From Phoronis australis (lineage: Eukaryota > Animalia > Phoronida), in assembly GCA_002633005.1 (NCBI GenBank), contig NMRA01000636.1, positions 109,529 to 173,528 on the forward strand: a DNA stretch of 64,000 nt. The letters run 5' to 3'. The position numbers and the translations under genes were made by a program. The stretch's first letter is position 1, and each line of letters begins with the position of its first letter. Below, piece after piece: positions 1 to 12,135 of this stretch. The notes under the pieces are model-generated. The model saw nothing but the letters and a program-made list of their open reading frames with translations, did no database searches and had not been told where the DNA came from.

Positions 1-1487
1 TAAATACTCAGCATTGATTGATGTAACTGTCACTGATAAACTTTTAGAAATCATTCCAAACAATAATAATGCTTTGATGTACGAAAAAAACCCGATTGCT
101 ACGTCAAGTATCGTATCACATATCACAACATACAAAGATTAACCAGACTCTGGCTGGCGACTGACTGCCGCGAAGTCGACATCGGCGAGCGCCTCAGTTA
201 ACAGGCATTGGTAGAATAATCATGGAATAATCGTTAAAATAATCACAAACCTTACCTTTGTATGAGGTCGTGCTTACTTCCTCTCATAGAAACACCCTTT
301 TTACGCAATCTCAGATTTAGTTGGCACGGCTGCAAGCCATTTCACCATGTATTTAAAGGGCTCGCGAAATCGAGGCTGCTAATCTATCACCACTAGTACA
401 CGCACGCCCTCTAGTTATGGTAGATTTTCCGAATAGCCCCATTCCCCGAGGCAACGTGTTGGGGCCCCCTTCTGGTCCCTGATCCGCCACTGGAACAGTA
501 CTATAAAACGTCACCACTAGTTTCTTCATCATCAGTATCATCATCACTAATGTCTCGCAAAAAAATTGTTTGCTGTTCTGGTATTGTAATTAGTGCACGG
601 CAAAGATCTACTAAAGTTTGGTGAGCAACGGGCTAATAAGCAAACAAATTGCTGTTCGGTGTGGGAACGTCAGTAGCGCAATTAGTTGATCTTTCAACTG
701 TGCTTCTGCTAGTTTTATTTTAATTGCACAGTGAACCTTTTATGTTCACTTAGCAATAACTAAACCGTTTCAATAATGTTTTTCGTTTTAAAATTGCTTC
801 AATTAATACTACAGGTACTCCAATATCGTCCGCATTCGTCGCGATTCTACTCGGGGATTCCATTGACAGGGAATTACCCGAGTATGCATGACAAGGGAGA
901 TGTCTTTATTTTGATACATAAACGAGTCGACAAATGCGGATTTTCTCATGTACAAGGATTATAATTACCATTTTAAGAACTTAGTCCTAACTGCTACAAA
1001 ACTCATTCAAATTATAACAATGACGAAACTTTTTTCTGCGGTTTATTTGGCGCAGATAAGAACCAATATAATCTCGCGAGATCCAGCCTCATCACCTGTT
1101 TTTCGCGGTATTTTGTAAATGTGATGTGCCATATGTGAAAGAGTAGTCGCCAACCGACTAGAGCAACGTCCTTCGTGAGAAGAGAGAGAGAAAACACTTT
1201 TATTTACATTAAATTATAATACAATGATTAAAATTTGATTTCAATTAGGAGGCCTTCTAAATGTTATTGACCGCTAATAAGAAGGTCCCCTGTACAAAGT
1301 AATAAATGGAAATGCAAAAATCAGTAGGAATACTTAAGAAAACAAAGTGAATTAGTGCTGAAAACGACCGACATGCCAGGAACCAAGAAATAGACTGGCA
1401 CAGCTCAGGAGATTTTGAGAATACAATTAGATACTGTTACATATAAAGCAAATGGAAATATGACTAACTGGATCGTAGTTGCTAATA

Positions 1488-2117
1488 TTAAAATTGGTTA
1501 AGAACCTGGAGAATGCTTGCAAAGAATGTGTTTTTATTAAGAGCAGAGACTGGTATTTCATTGTTGTTTTTATGTAGAGGAATCTCAAATCTAATACATG
1601 CTCTTGGTGACAATTTGTTGGAGGGAGGAATTAATATTTTGGGTTGTATTGTCGGAATAGCAGCTGAGTATTGATTCAGATGTGTAGGAGTTTTAATGTG
1701 TCTGGTTGGTTTATTTGGGATGGGTTTACTAAAGAAGTTGTTAGTGTAAAAATACTTAGGAAGCTGATTATTGACGTTAACCATGATTCTTGTATTAAGA
1801 TAATGTCGAAATATAATTCTTTAGAGTGAATGTTGTGCAGGAATGATTCAAATTGAGTGAATTTTGCATTAAGTGATTGAATGTTAATACTTAACACGGT
1901 TAGACTTGATTTATTTAGTTCAAGAAAGTGTTTAACTCCTTCTGTATCAAAAAAATGGGATTTGGTAATTGGAGCCTCGGTGCCACAATCAAGGGAGTTA
2001 TATATGAGACAGAAATTTTCACCTAATTAGATAATAGAGGAGCAGGATCAAGAGCTGCTGTGAATGGATATTTACATGTGTTATTCTTTGATTGGTCCTA
2101 GGATATCAGTCGTCATA
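1488..2117 (-). pseudogene. LINE ORF2 remnant: endonuclease N-terminus joined to extreme C-terminus; RT absent
   Basis: NIQSL and IQESWL APE motifs, then an abrupt switch near 1780 to a different frame ending ACIRFEIP...KNTFF...QF*. Confidence 0.7.
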
Positions 2118-3298
2118 TAAGTTCATTGAAATAACGCACATTAAAAAATTCATAAGGGGTGGGTAAGATAAACGGATAAAAAGCTTAAACAAACTTGAAC
2201 AGACAAGATAGATGCTGAGATACATACATGAAGCATTAGACATTTGGAAACTTTAACATGTAAAATTACAAGTCAAATCTATGCACATATATGAATAGTA
2301 AAAACTATTTGAATTAACTGAGTAGCTTCAGGCAGTCGACGGTAGCGACCCCAGGTGGTCTACATGTATAATAATGATGAACTAACCTGATGATGCGGTG
2401 ATGGTGTATCTCCATGGTCAGATAGCAGGATTCAGTTTGACACTATACCTGTGCTTGGTGTACACAAGATAAGTCTTGTGAATGAACTTAGTGTTAATGA
2501 GACCATCCTCAATGAATAGAATCTAGCTTGTGACCCTGGTCACCATAGGTGTCCTGCAGTCAGTTTGCCAGAAATAGTTTCAACTAGTGTGCGTGCTGAG
2601 ACATTAGGTAATGAAAGTCAGAAACACAATAGGGATGTAGGTATATTGTTCGTGTAAGGTTTCCAGACTGCTGACCAAGCGCACCACAGGTGACCAGTAA
2701 TCATCAGCCATACTAACTTACATTTACAAACACTTGATAGGCTTTCGAACATGGCCGTTAAGGCCTAACGGGGACAAAATCAGCAAGGGACCAGGTTCAG
2801 AGAATTACCATTTTACTTCACTGGGTTAAAAGCGAGTTACTGGCATAGTGTGTACACTTTAGTGTCATGGTACGTAATAGATACAAAAACACTGAGGATT
2901 GGTCAAACTGAATGAAGAAAATGGACATCCTGTCATGGAAGAAAACATCAGAGGCTTGTTTTGTTGGAATATAAACTACCGGGGTGCTCGTAGCATAACA
3001 GTGAATCAACGATAAAAGTGAAGCTTAACTGGTTTACTATACTGACAGGCTGGTGGATAAATTTTGAGCAGCAAGAACATTATAATGTATCTGATACTTA
3101 ACATACAGTGTATTGGCAATGATATGACTCCAGCTTAAAGAAACATACAAGTACAACTTGCTCAAGCTGTCAGAAATGACAGTGCATAATTACTTGATAA
3201 TAATATGTTTAACTTACAATGACAGTGTGAGAAATGTCCTGCTCTGGATCTATGATCTGTGGGGGAGGTCAGCTTCAGTAAGTCGCGGCGTGCACTAT

Positions 3299-3946
3299 TC
3301 ACTTGTGGTTCATTTTCAGGCATATTTCACCATCAGTTGTCCAAGTTTTCTCGCAAGGGCTGTTTCTATCATTGCACATTTGGCGGCATTTGTAGAACAA
3401 GGCTGATCGTCGCTTAGTTAGACTTTCACTGATGAAGATCTTGTCACCGGCCAGAAGTTTAAGTTTTTTGATATAGGTTAGACGATCGGTATAAGAAATG
3501 AATTTGCAGATAAGGTTTCTGGTTTGATTTGCTGATGGTTTACCTTGTCTGTGGGCTCTGCTTATGTCTTTGCATGTCAAGTTGACATCTATCTTCTTGC
3601 CAATGTTAATAACCTTGCATGCTAATAATGTCCTCGTTGTCATCTTCTTTGATTCCACTTACAATGACACATTCTCTTCTGCTGTATTGTTCTTGTAAAT
3701 CCAGGTTAAGTTTGAGTTGATCCACTTCAGCTTTCATTATGATACAATCCCACTGTCTTTACTACGTATGATACCCTCGTATTTCGCCGTGATGGTTGTA
3801 ATATGTGGTTCAATAAATTTGGAGTACAGGGCGTGTTGAATCTTGTCATTTGAGAACGCCCTCAGAAGCACTTCAACAATATGTTCGTCTTCTTCCCCAT
3901 CTGTGTAACTTAGCAGGCGTATTTTACTTCTCGTTGTTGAGGTCAT
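3299..3946 (-). pseudogene. LINE ORF1 (coiled-coil + RRM/Tnp22-like), frameshifted
   Basis: Across two compensating frameshifts: QEQYSRRECVIVSGI...DISRAHRQGK...LICKFISY...IFISESLTKRRSALF, typical L1TD1/Tnp22-like ORF1 motifs. Confidence 0.82.
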
Positions 3947-4381
3947 AGTTAGATGAGTTAGTCAAGATAATGAGGAAAATGAAGTATATGCAGAAAATTT
4001 GACGAGCAATTCGAACTTAGCTTTTCGCGCTCAAATACATCACGCTGTGAAAATGCAACCCAAGGGTGTCACTTTCTGACATCTGCCCTCATGTTTGCTA
4101 AAACCTCTGAAAAGATCATTATGAAATTTGACAGATGTGTTTCAATTGAGGAGAACTCAAAGGACATTGATTTCCAGATGATTGACTGCTTTGGCTCCCC
4201 CTTAGCATACAACTCTAGCCCTGGAATGCCAACTCCTGCATGTGACCTATATGTATTGTTATTAGAGCTGCAACCCCAAGACTAGCTGTTAGAATTTGCG
4301 CTGAGAATTTCCAGCTGCCTGCTTTAGTGCGTTTTGATCGAGAATTGCAATTTTCAAATCAAGCCTAATTTCATTGCTTCA

Positions 4382-5807
4382 TTTTTATGCGCCCACATAT
4401 TTATGAGCGAGTGCATATTGCCGTCATCTCTGAGTGTCTGGCGTCCGCAGCTGTATCTCCTGAACTCCTCACAGGATCTTCATGAAATTTGGCAGATGTA
4501 TTCTTATGAAGTTGACAACAGATTACAACGAATTTCGGACGGATCCGACTGCCAGTGTGACCCCTAGTCTTAATTTTATTTTTTTACGTTTACCTCTATC
4601 TTCAAAGGTCCTCTAAACTATGGCACATAGGCATCTATTAGTGAGGTGACACTATCCTCCTGCTTTCGGATTTGAGGTATTTTGCACCACTTAAGTTAGT
4701 GGCCATTTTTGAGTCTGTTTTTTAGCGTCTGCCCCTCTATCAACCATACTGCTCTAAGGATGATTGTGAAAATTGGCATGTATGTTCTTACTATAAAAAG
4801 GAAGGCTGACAATGATTTTTCGATGACTCTGGCCACTGTGGCGCCTCCTAGTGGAGTTTTTTTTGCACCCATGGCTGTCTCTTTTAAACACTCTGCGAGT
4901 GTATTTTTATGAAATTGACAATGTAAAACTACGACTTTCGGATGTATCTGTTTATTGATGTGCCCCTATGCCGTCATCTCTGTTCATCCGTCCGGTGTCC
5001 ATCTGGTGTCCGCTGCTCTATTTCCAAAACCCTTTGACATACATTCATGAACTTTTGCACTTATGTCCCCTTCATGGATAGGACGGCATGAGCGAACTTT
5101 CGGATGGATCCAACAACCGGTGTGTCCCCTAGTGGCAATTTTACTTTTTTAAGCTTACCTCTATCTTGAATGATCCTCAAGGTATTTTCATGAAATTTGG
5201 CATATAGACATCTATTAGTGAGTTGATGCTATCCTCTCATTTTTGGATGGATTTGACGTAGTTTGCACCACCTAGTGGCCATTTTTGCTGTTTTTAGTCT
5301 GTTTTTTGGCGTCCACACCTCTGTCAACCTAACCGCTCTAAGGATGATTGTGAAAATTGGCATGTATGTTCTCAGTATGAAGAGAATGATTGACGATGAT
5401 GACTTTGAGTACTGTGGCGCCTCCGGGTGGAAGTTTTTTTTGGTGCCCGTAGCTATGTGTTCTAAATCCACTGAAGGATCTTTATTAAATTTAGCAAGTA
5501 TTTTCATATGAAGTTGAAAACTGACAGTGACGACTTTCAGATGCATCCGATAAATGCTGTGCCCCCTAATGGCAATTTCATTTTTTCAGTTTTTCTTAAT
5601 TTGTTTCTCTGAAATTTCTTGACAGATTTTTGTGAAAATTGATAAAAAGCTTTCAATTAAAGAAACAATAAAATGTTCCCGTTTTTGAATGGATTTGACA
5701 TATTTTGCGCCATCTAGTGGCCATTTTATGATACTATAAACATCCCTAGAAGCACACCATTTGCGGTTCATTTGTGGGCGCATTTCAACACTCCGCCTTG
5801 CTCTTGC
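4382..5807 (+). mobile_element. Family A Helentron-type non-autonomous element (HINE-like), complete copy
   Basis: 5' ttttATGCGCCCACA and 3' TGTGGGCGCAT subterminal inverted repeats, GTCY-like microsatellite, end ...GCTCTTG in T-rich site, no TSD; internal ~145-bp subunits with GCGCCNCCTAGTGG. Confidence 0.75.
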
Positions 5808-6466
5808 TTTTATTTTATTATTATTCTTCATCAAGCGAAACACTTGAGGTACACTTCTATACAATTAGCAATTTCTCGGCAAAGTTAGTCATCAAACTTG
5901 ACAATTACACTGGTCATTCTTTATTAGCACTGACCTGTGGCCGTGGGTGGATGCCGGTAGTAGTTTGGCCTCTGATATCTTTTCAGCTCCGTCGTTGAAG
6001 CACTTTCGACAACCCATGATACTACATGCCAGGAGTTTTTCTACAAGACATTTCTGGGTGATAAAAAAATTTTACAGTATTTTACGGAAAGAAGTTACAT
6101 TCGACCTAAATTAAATATTTAGGCCCTAAAACAGGTGTGTTTACTAAGTGAAAAATTACTTGATTGCTAAGCTAAGTGTGCTTGCGTGCATGTGTATGCG
6201 TGCCTTTGTGTTATTAATTGTATTATCATTTTTTCTATAATAATTTGTGCAATGTTTACCTGTTGCCCAGATGCCACTCTTTGTTAATTCGATTTCTGAG
6301 AAGTTGGCCTACTGTTATCTGTGGTATTTATCCATACCTATGAAATAAAATTTTAAAAAATGAATAGTTTACCCTGTAAAAGAACTCAATCCAGTACTTT
6401 GTGTTGCTGACAGCAAACAGTGTATTTGCCAATTGCCCTACTCTTGGCGGACTGTCCCACTTTTCA

Positions 6467-6915
6467 TTATGCCGTTATCCGGCGCCCCCTAGTGGCAGTT
6501 TTGTTTTTTTGCACCCATGGCTGTTTTCTCCTAAACACTCTGCAGGATCTTTACTAAATTTAGCAAGTGTATTGAAATTGACAACGGACGACTTTCGGAC
6601 GGATCTGTTTACTGGTGTGTCCCCTTGTGGCAATTTTTATTTTTTGCGTGAACTCCCAGTAGGGATTTTCTTAAAATTTGGAATTCAGGCATCCTTTGGT
6701 GAGATAATGCTATCCTCCCGTATTCGGAAAGATTCAAGGTATTTTGTGCCGCCTAGTGGCCATTTTTGGTGTTTTCGAATATGTTTTTTTCGTCTGCCCC
6801 TCTATCAGCCAAACCATTCTAAGGATGATTGATTTGACGTCCGCTCCGCTGTCAACCAAACAGCTCTAAGTACGATTGTGAAAATAGTCATGTATGTTCT
6901 TACTGTGAAGAGATC
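6467..6915 (+). repeat. Family A fragment
   Basis: Same subunits (ggcgccccctagtggc 6481, gccgcctagtggcc ~6748). Confidence 0.75.
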
Positions 6916-7257
6916 ATCATCGCGAAATTTGACTTTCTAATGAGAAGAGCAAATTATGGGGTAAGACATCAATTTGGTCAGACACTCCATACCACTATTT
7001 CAGAAAAATAATGAAATATCACTTGAGTAAAAGGGCAAAGTCTCTAAAACTTAATTTTTAAACTGATAGTGATCATAAATACTTCCAGGCAATTGTGAAG
7101 TGGGAACATAAAACCAAATTTGTCACTTGATGTTGATTTTCTGAGTTCGACTACCGTGGAAATATTTGAAAAAACGAGCTTTTGCTATAGCTACCCGATA
7201 CTATCTTTACTATTGGTGATGTACAAATTGCATGCATATCAACTCACTTGGCTTTGC

Positions 7258-8990
7258 TATTTATACGCCCACATATTTATACCGGTATGTGGACGAATTA
7301 TGCCATCATCTCCATCCGTACGGCGTCCGCTGCTCTATCTCCAAAACCCTTTGACGTACGTTCATAAAATTTTACACATATGTTACTATCATAGATGGGA
7401 TGGCATGAGAGAACTTTTGGACAGATTCAACTACTGGTGTGCCCCCTAGTGGCAATTTTAGTTTTCTATGCTTACCTCTATATCCCCAAGGGTCCTAAAC
7501 GAATTTTCATAAAATTTGGCAAATAAGCATCTATTAGTGAGATAACGCTATCCTCACATTTTCGGATGATTCGATGTAGTTTACGCCACCTAGTGGCCAT
7601 TTTTGCTGTTTTCGAGTGTTTTTGGTGTCCACCCCTCTATCAACCAAACCGATCTAAGGATCATCATGGAACTTGGCATGTATGTTTTTATTATGAATAG
7701 GACGGCTGATGATTTTCTGACGATTTTGACTACTGTGGCGCCTCCTAGTGGTAGTTTTGCCTCTTTTTGCGCCCATGGCTGTATCTCCTTAACCGTTGGC
7801 AGGATCTTTACTAAATTCTGCAAATGTATTTATATGATGTTGACAATGGATGACGACTTTTGGACAGATCTGACTACTGGTGTACCCCCTAGTGTCAATT
7901 TATTTTTTTGCGTTTACCTCTATATCTTCAAAGGTCCTCACTGTATTTTCATAAAATTTGAAATATGGGTACCTATTAGTGAGATGAAGCAATCCTCCCA
8001 TTTTCAGATGAATTTGATGTAGTGTGCGCCACCTAGCGGCCATTTTTACTGTTTTTTAGTCTGTCTTTTGGCGTACACTTCTCTATCTACCAAACCACAC
8101 TAAGGATGATTGTGAAAATTGACATGTATATTCTTACTACAAAGCCGACAATGCTTTACCAATGACTTTGACTAATGTGGCGCCTCCTAGTGGCATTTTT
8201 TTGCGCCCATGGCTGTATCTCCTAAACCGTTTGCAGCATCTTTGCTAAATTTAGCAAGTGTATTTATATGACGTTAAGAACGGATGACAACTTTCCGACG
8301 AATCTTACTACCAGTGTGCCTCCTAGTGGCAATTTTCATTTTTTAGGCTTACCTCTGTATCTTTAAAGGTTCTTAAACAGATTATCATAAAGTTTGGAAC
8401 AATTAGGCATTATTGGCGAGATGATGCTATCCTCCCACTTTTGGATGGAATCGAGGAACTTTTGCGCCACCTAGTGGCTATTTTTCTTGTTTTCGAGTCT
8501 TGTTTTTTGGCATCCATCCCTCGATCAACCAAACCATTCTGAGGATGACTTTGAAAATTGGTGTATATGTTCTCAGTGTGAAGAGGATAACACATTCGAC
8601 TACTGTAGCGCCTCCTAGTGGTACTTTTGTTTTGCGCCCATAGCTGCATCGCTTAAATTCACTGCAGGATCTTCATTGAATTTAGTAATTGTATTTATAT
8701 GAAGCTAACAACAGATGACTACGTCTTTCATGCGTTTCCAATGAAGGCTGTGTGCAAAAGTGGCAATTTCATTATTTTTTGTTTTTCTTTGTTTCTATAA
8801 GTTCCTTGACAGATTTTTATGAAATTTGGTAAACAGCTTTCTATTAAAGAAGCGATGGCATGTACCCATTTTCAGAGGGATTGGTCATTTTTTCGCCCTC
8901 TGGTGGCTATTTTTATGAAACAAACAACCCTAGAAGCACTCCGTTTGCGGTGCATTCGTGGGTGCATTTGAACGCTCCGCGTTGCTCTCG
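7258..8990 (+). mobile_element. Family A element, complete copy with about 11 subunits
   Basis: tttatacgcccacatatttat start; end gtgggtgcatttgaacgctcc...ctctcg; motifs near 7441, 7585, 7738, 7884, 8027, 8180, 8318, 8464, 8608, (8755), 8895. Confidence 0.78.
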
Positions 8991-9544
8991 TTTTGTGTGA
9001 GGTTGTCCGTTTGCTTCGTCGACTCTACTACGAAGCATTTGGTGCAGTATTGCAATTATGTTACTCTGTTGAAGTGGTTTGTGAAAATCAACTGTCTGCA
9101 CAATAGTTAATCGTTGTCAGGTTATAAGCATTTGTGTTATTTTGTGGAGCATAAGTAAAGGTAGCCAATATGGAAGACTTTCAACAGATTCCTGTAACCT
9201 GCTGAAAGTCCAGTCCCATTTACACTTTCAGTTGAGCCATTCTAGATTCTTAAGTTAGCGAAGTGCAGATGCAATCGGCAATGCAATACCCTTCTGAATC
9301 TATTAAAAGTGAATATAAACCTGTGTTTCACCCAGGAAGCCAACTTACTGTGTTTGAAATTGCTGAAATACTGATTAATATCCTTTTTAGTCAAACACAT
9401 AGAATTAAATAAGTTCAAAAATCAAATACTTACCTTCCAACCAAGTCATGATAACTATCAATCTTTTTGTCATTGTAAAGTTAATTGGGGTGGTCAGTCT
9501 TTCTTATTATTCTTGAAAACAATTTTTTGTAGGAGTTACACTTT

Positions 9545-12020
9545 TTTTCTCACTACAGTTTATTGACTCCAATGATGACCAAGGACACGCTGCACAGAAC
9601 ATAAATGTGATTCCCAAGAAAAGAAATGTATAATAAAAAACAACTACTGAACAGTGTAGGAGAAAGTACTAATGCAACTTGTGAGAAAAGAAATATGAAA
9701 AATAAATACCATAGGCGAGAGTGCACGCGCGATTTGTGATGGGGTAGACTTGCAACCCTGTCATTACCCATTTGTTTAGTACCACTATTCTGTATGCAGA
9801 TGAAATTGCATCTATGTTAATATTCAGACCTCGTTTTTCTTATTTCGGTATTGCTCCAAATGTACAACACCAATACATGTTCATAAAAATATGCCCAAGA
9901 GGGTGGTTTTCAGCGAAAAAAAAACATTTTCTTGTTATCGCGTTACAGTTTGAATTCACTTCTTGAATCCAAATAACTTGTACAATAATAGCAAGTTACT
10001 TTAAACTGTTGTTTTTACTTTTCTTCAAAAAGTTTAATGATAAATAATCTACCAAGTACATTAATTTATCACCAAGTAGTAAACCAATTCCAAGTCAACT
10101 GCAGTTTGCTGAGCAAGAGAAGTGATTAAATTAGTGTCCGTTACGTATTACCTCGGCGATCAGATACTCCCAACCTCAGGCCTCCTTTTTAAGCTAAAAA
10201 GCACCCTTTGAATAATTTTTAATTGAAATTATCTGATCACCTTGGCAACAATTGTAAAATATATATATACATTCAAACACAAATAAGTAAGCAGCAATGA
10301 CACTGAAATAATTATATCCAAGAAATACACTGAAATTAAATACATATAAAACGTGCCACATCCCCAAGGCCACACACCAAGACACTGAGTTTAAAATCAA
10401 TGACTGGACAGAAGATTAAACAAAAATCATTAACAATGATATAAATGCACAGGTCCCGTCTCGCATAAGTGACTTTTGACCCCAAAAAGTAAAACTGGAG
10501 GAGAAAAGCCAGTGAATGGAACCAATGGCCAACAGATGTCTACTACCTCAGCTGTATAACAGTGAAATGAAACGTTTCGAAAGGCTCAAACAACCACGTT
10601 TCAGGTAACCAGTATTCAGCCTTTTTTTCATTAGACCACGGAAGTGCGGATGAACGACTTGCTCAATAGTCAAAGGTAATTTGCATACAGTCTACGTTTT
10701 GGTGGCATTAAGACCTTCAGAGCAGATGGAACAGATAACAATTAAATAGCCAACCACATCAGTGGAAACGGCATATATGGTGGTTTCAATAAAGCAAACT
10801 CTGATGCATAGCAGTGGAGTGTTTCAGGACACTAACTTGTTCAGCCAGCACCTGACCATTATAAAATGCCCCAGAGCTGTCTCATTCTTGTTGGAAGCCA
10901 CCATAAATAATCAATTTATCTTTTCAAACAACACTCAACAGAAGACTGTGCGTCAACATTTGGGTCTCCACAAGTACAAGTATAAAAACATGGATTTGAC
11001 CAGACTAGACTTACTTCATGCAGACAATGTAGATCACATGCAAACTGGCTGCTTATACTCAACTGGGTTGATGTGTAATTTCGATGGCCCCCATAATAAA
11101 GGCGGTTGTTCTCCAATTGAAAATCAGCAATTAAAATAATGCTTTTAATTACCCAGTAATACGTATACTACTTCCAGCATTCTAAAATGTCAAATACCAG
11201 AGTAAACTTTGGGATTTGAACAGAGCCCGGGTAATAACACAGCCATTTTTCAAGATCCAAGCGTGAATTTAAAATTGAACTTAACATTGCAGAAGCTTAT
11301 GCTTGAACCATTTACAATCTATGTACAGCTGAGAAACAATTGGCACAGGCCAAAATCAACCACTGTACAATTATGTTAATAAATAGTGTAACTGTAGAAC
11401 ATGTCGCTGGTCTTGCTGCATTTTTGGCTACAGTCTTAGCAATTTACAAGTTAGAGATTGGTAAAAAACTAACAAGGCCTGTCAGTTTATTTTAGAGCAA
11501 GTTCTTACTTTGATATCCAAATACTCAAGATGGCACTAGCACCAGCCAATTTCATAGCTTGAGAGGTCGGTTTCAGTCAGTCTAAAGAATTGCGAAGGAA
11601 ATTTCATTACACACAAACAGTCAACAAAAGAAGTTTAATTAAGCGCAAATGTAATCCTCCAGGGCCCCTAAAGGAAGAACAAAATCCTGAGGTTCAATAA
11701 CATTGTATTTTACATTAACATCGAGTGCAACATTATTCATATTCTAGGCCACAGATTTACAATACAGTTAATTTCTTATCAAAGTGCAATTTCAAGTGAT
11801 ACTAACGTAAAACAGTACCAGATTCCCAAATATCAATATAGTATACACACTCAAGTTTTATGCAGCAAAGCTTAATCATTTACCAGTAATTGACAATTCT
11901 GGCTCAAACTATGCTAAACAAGAGCATTGGGACACAAATTAATCCTGTAATTGATAAAACATAAGGGAGAGCACGGGCAAAAAGCACGCAAGCGACCTAT
12001 AAGGTCATTCATGCCATTGT
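9545..12020 (-). other. Probable long 3' UTR of PRL, candidate AATAAA at 9564-9559 (alternative at 11491-11486)
   Basis: ~2.5 kb without recognisable repeats, AU-rich, directly after the stop codon in an otherwise repeat-rich window. End point is inferred. Confidence 0.45.
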
Positions 12021-12135
12021 TCACATGACTGAACAGGCATTCTTGTGGTTTCCGTTCTTAATTCGAAGACGAGCTTTAGGACGGTACTTCTCGAGGAACG
12101 AAAGCTGCTTTGAGTTTATAGCACCTCGCCGCTTC
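12021..12135 (-). CDS. PTP4A1: PRL/PTP4A last coding exon (115 nt including stop)
   Basis: ttttcattccag|GAAGCGG...; [44 protein letters not shown] box. Confidence 0.97.

Larger units (their letters stand above)
1177..4050 (-). mobile_element. CR1/L2-like non-LTR retrotransposon, internally deleted
   Basis: ORF1 remnant 3946-3299; APE endonuclease N-terminus LSINIQSL...FDIILIQESWL (1897-1780) fused to an ORF2 C-terminus-like segment ending at 1488; 3' UTR with stem-loop (~1250-1290), AATAAA and (TC)n tail near 1180-1205. Confidence 0.8.

Noticed and set aside
146-1165. Possible TIR element (ctctggctggcgact / agtcgccaaccgactagag) with a TCTCGCGAGA motif at ~1072
   Set aside because: Match is short and gapped, and no TSD was found; cannot be supported.
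4334-8649. Recurrent similar ORFs ([17 protein letters not shown]) suggesting a gene family
   Set aside because: By-product of family A tandem subunits; indels shift frames freely and no domain is recognisable.
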